39,281 nt of DNA, from the NCBI GenBank assembly GCA_900088475.1, contig FLMG01001182.1:1-39281 (forward strand), written 5' to 3'. Source of the DNA: Hyphochytrium catenoides. Taxonomy: Eukaryota > Protista > Hyphochytriomycota. The notes under the pieces are model-generated. The model did no database searches and was not told the DNA's origin. It was given only the letters and a program-made list of their open reading frames with translations. Positions 35,812 through 39,281 of the stretch are shown here, in pieces. Numbering within the stretch: the first letter of the stretch is position 1; each line of letters begins with the position of its first letter. The translations under genes were made by a program, and so were the position numbers.

Positions 35812-37815
35812 ATGTAGTCTGGCCCTGGAAAGAACGCATGCCCCTCTCTCTCTCCCGTGTATGCACTTGAAGAGAGACCGCTTAAAGGCAGATATGTGAC
35901 TGTCTTCTCGTCATTATCGTTACCCACCGCTTATCTCTTATGCAGGGGCTCAGTACTATAGTCAGTATAATAATAAAGAGAAACGGATCTAAGACTACAT
36001 CCAAACTCAGCAACCGAAAAGGGCACTAGGGAAGCCTACCGAGTACGGGCCATAGAGCGCATAACGGGGGAGGTAGAGAAGAGTCATCGTCGGGCTTGGT
36101 TGTGGAAAGAAAGTGGAGGAGCTCCGAGGCGCGCAGCTTAGAGAAGAGAGCTTCCCAACACAGAAGATGACTGCTCAGTCCAAGCTAAACCTCTCCTCAG
36201 GCTCAAGCTCTTCCCGAGACCAAGAGCAAAAAAATTAATACGTTTACCCGGAAAGCGGGAGAGAGGAGGATGCCGGTCTCCAGAGGATGCCACCCTTTGC
36301 AAGGGAACGGCAGCTGATACTTTTGAGAAGAAGTTCTTCTATTATTTGTGTGGCGATGGTCCAACTAATCGCAGGCCATCATAGCTACGATCGTCTCCTC
36401 GAGACCTTCGTCGCCAGTACTAGGGGGACCCAACAGCTAAGAATGCTCTATCGTTTGTTCCTGGTTACCAGCTATAGGTTATAAGCCATCGATAAAATTC
36501 CGGCAGCCTCCCCTTGCTGCTGAGGAATGTGATAGTGGTGTCGTGCTTCTGGTGGCAAATCACTCCTGGAGGTGCATCATTCAGAAGCATAATTACTACT
36601 CTGTTGACTGAGGATAGCGGGATCTTATGAAGCCCGTCCTCTGCTTCTCTCGTATACAGAGACCGACGAGAAGATCTTCCATGACTACGCTCTGGCCGTC
36701 GCTGCAGCTGAGAAGCTCAAGAGTGTGACAAGCAAGGTGATGATCCTCGTCAATGGTTCCAACTGTGCGTCAATGCGTCCATAACAAGGACTCCTGACCA
36801 CAGCCAGCACGCAGTCGGTCTCCGCTAGCCCTTGCATCAATCACCGGCCTCTTACCAATGAGACTGAAGCATCTTGACAATATTTTATCTTTCTTTCTAA
36901 CTATAAACATTTCTGGGGGCCAAAGGTGCTGCAAGCTCTGATGAAAATCATTGCTCGCAATCATGGAAGAAGGGAACTTCATTGCTCTTTCCTCCAGCAG
37001 CAACAAAAGTGATGCCTTGGATTGTCAGAGCTATTTTTTTATTATGAAGATGACAATGGTCTTCGTCCCTTCGTCCTGTTCTTTCTTCTATCAGTCTCTC
37101 ACGCTCTGGCACGCTCTGCAAGTGTCTCATCAGTATCAGAATGTGCTTGAAGAGAGAGAGCCATGGCCGCTCTGACTCGGTAGCTTCTCTATGAATTTAC
37201 CCTACAAAAAGAAATCTATCTACAGATGTAGGAACTATGGTTATTGACGCCTTGGGTCTTGTCTATGGGACACACTTACATTGAGTTTTTTGGCACTTTG
37301 AAGGTCAAAGGGACGGGATGAGGGAGACAGAGGGGAAGTTCGCGAGACAGAGTCGATTATAAAGCCTGTCTTTTGGTGTATATGGAAAGTTGGAAGTCGT
37401 ATAAGATACGTGCGGTGGGACATAGAGATGTGCCAGGGCTTACGAACGAAGGTGTTAGTTAGGACAAAGAGACAGAGAAAATAAGTGGGAGGAGGATGAA
37501 GTGGAGGAGTAGAACGGAGGGCTCTTCTCTGTCAAAGAAGGAGCATAATTGACTTTTAGATTCTTAACAGTGAGCTTGACCTTACAGTTGGTGTTGGTTA
37601 TAAAATTGCTTGTAGGTTCAAGCATGGGAGTATCGTGCATTATTGGCACAGAGCTATATGTTAATAATGGGCAGTTGTTATTTTACTCAAGGCTAGTCCT
37701 GAGCTGTCTTGCTCTGTGGCCCAAGGTCTAAGTAAATAGCCTGAGACAGGCCCTTTGAGGGGCAAGGAAGCCATCACCCTGACAGCCGCAACCACGTTGG
37801 ACCAAAAAAAGGGAA

Positions 37816-37818
<3 letters not shown>

Positions 37819-37863
<45 letters not shown>

Positions 37864-37977
37864 TGAGAGTGAGAGAGAGAAGGAGAGAGAGAAAGAGAGA
37901 TAGAGAGACAACAAATGAGAGAGAGAGAGAGAGAGAGACAAAAATGAGAGAGAGAGAGGGAAGAGACTAAGGGTAAC

Positions 37978-38011
<34 letters not shown>

Positions 38012-38075
38012 GAAAAGGAGTATGAGAGATGAGACAATGAAGACAGAGCTGAAGCGAGAGAGAGAGAGAGAGAGA
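37819..38075. repeat. Imperfect (GA)n microsatellite
   Basis: Directly visible. Confidence 0.95.
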
Positions 38076-38519
38076 TGCAGGATGTAAAAGAAAGAAAGGG
38101 AGGGTAGGACAGAAGGATTCGCCCTGCTGCTGCTGCAGGGGAAATCCATCATTGTCCTTGTGCGCCAACCTGCCGTCATTCCCGCTTCAAGTCCGGATGG
38201 GCTCGTCACTCCTGGATCTGCAAATAAGTGCAGAGCACAATTCTCAGTTCACCAAGGAAAAAAAGTCCAATAAAGCGCAGAAAGAGGTACTCGTAGCCTG
38301 CCGCTAGAGGAATAGTAGCCTCAGGGCACTGCTTCACTTCGTGGCTGGGACAGCCTTTCAAAGTCTACAAGAAGCACCACATAGTTGCTGGCGTGTTTGG
38401 AGTTCACAGATTATGACAGATTAGCTTTGGAACTCATCCGTTCTCGCCTTTTGACTCGATCTGTCGGAAGCCGGCGGCATTGTCTACAGATCCTCAGTCT
38501 GTCAGATTCCAAGGAAAGC

Positions 38520-39143
38520 ATGGCGTTGGCAGAGAACACCGTCATCATCACCATATTCACCGTGGGCATAATCCTATGTGGAGCTCTGTTTGTCTTCGTT
38601 CTAGCCCTGATGATTCGGTCATGGAGGGCGAAGAAGCAAGATGTGCAAAGGAACACCACAGAGCTCAACAAGGTGATGCTGCGCAAGTCCAATGAGAAAG
38701 GAGAAGAGGTTGTCCTTACTCCCAAGTACCTAAAGGATCTCGACAACAAGCAGCCGGAGGCCATAGAGAACGGAGATGGGGAATATGAGCGCACGAGTAC
38801 TCAGCGTAGCAGCAGTCTCTACCTGGGGTTTGATCTCCTCTCATCCATCACCCCACTGGTTATGCTTCGCCAATCTTCTGCTAGCTCACCAGGGCGGACC
38901 CCAGTCTCCATGGGCAAGGACGAGGATCCTCTTGAGGGCCATTACTCTGACACCTTGAGAGATGACACCTGCGAGAAGCCCTATCAAGGACCCATCATAG
39001 AAGCCTTCGTTAGGGCACAAAGGGAGAAACGTGAACAAGTTTGGAGAGACGATACGGTCTCGGAGCCACGTTGTTCTGCCCAAGAGAACCCAGAGCTTCA
39101 AGAACCTACCAATATTCCAAGCTCATCTGTTATGCGCCTATAG
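38520..39143 (+). CDS. Hypothetical single-pass membrane protein, 207 aa, intronless
   Basis: Long open frame with first ATG at 38520 (agcATGg). A hydrophobic stretch VIITIFTVGIILCGALFVFVLALMI is followed by basic RSWRAKK (positive-inside) and a Ser/acidic low-complexity tail. No family recognised. Confidence 0.7.
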   Translation: MALAENTVIITIFTVGIILCGALFVFVLALMIRSWRAKKQDVQRNTTELNKVMLRKSNEKGEEVVLTPKYLKDLDNKQPEAIENGDGEYERTSTQRSSSLYLGFDLLSSITPLVMLRQSSASSPGRTPVSMGKDEDPLEGHYSDTLRDDTCEKPYQGPIIEAFVRAQREKREQVWRDDTVSEPRCSAQENPELQEPTNIPSSSVMRL

Positions 39144-39281
39144 GTGATGAGCATAAGGCGTACTCAGTGTTATTTATTTGGCAGCATCGGGCCGTCCAGT
39201 AGTCTCTGGACCTGCCTCGAGCTTCCTTTCTGTCAGTGTTACTTCCCCGCTTCGGCGGGGCTTGAGTCTTTCGTTTGGGCA

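Overview
Gene-dense, intron-rich eukaryotic nuclear DNA; the protein sequences suggest a protist or alga, plausibly a stramenopile (inference only). It uses the standard genetic code and every intron I could trace has GT-AG ends. Six genes were reconstructed by hand: BRR2/SNRNP200 spliceosomal helicase (minus, about 41 exons), RPS9 (plus, 3 exons), an HMT1/ABCB6-type half ABC transporter (minus, 16 exons), a PKA catalytic subunit (plus, 5' end in or before an N-gap), an ELO/GNS1 fatty-acid elongase (minus, 5 exons) and a second AGC kinase (plus). These six form three head-to-head pairs. There are also two intronless orphan ORFs (an 88-aa putative mitochondrial protein and a 207-aa single-pass membrane protein), four long CT/GA microsatellites and two assembly gaps. 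I found no convincing new multi-gene system, tRNA, rRNA, CRISPR array or transposon. The best leads are the small mitochondrial-type ORF, a conserved BRR2 motif missing at the last intron, a five-CCAAT promoter cluster with no annotated gene, a 25-bp repeat-spacer-repeat element, and an inverted repeat in a bidirectional promoter.
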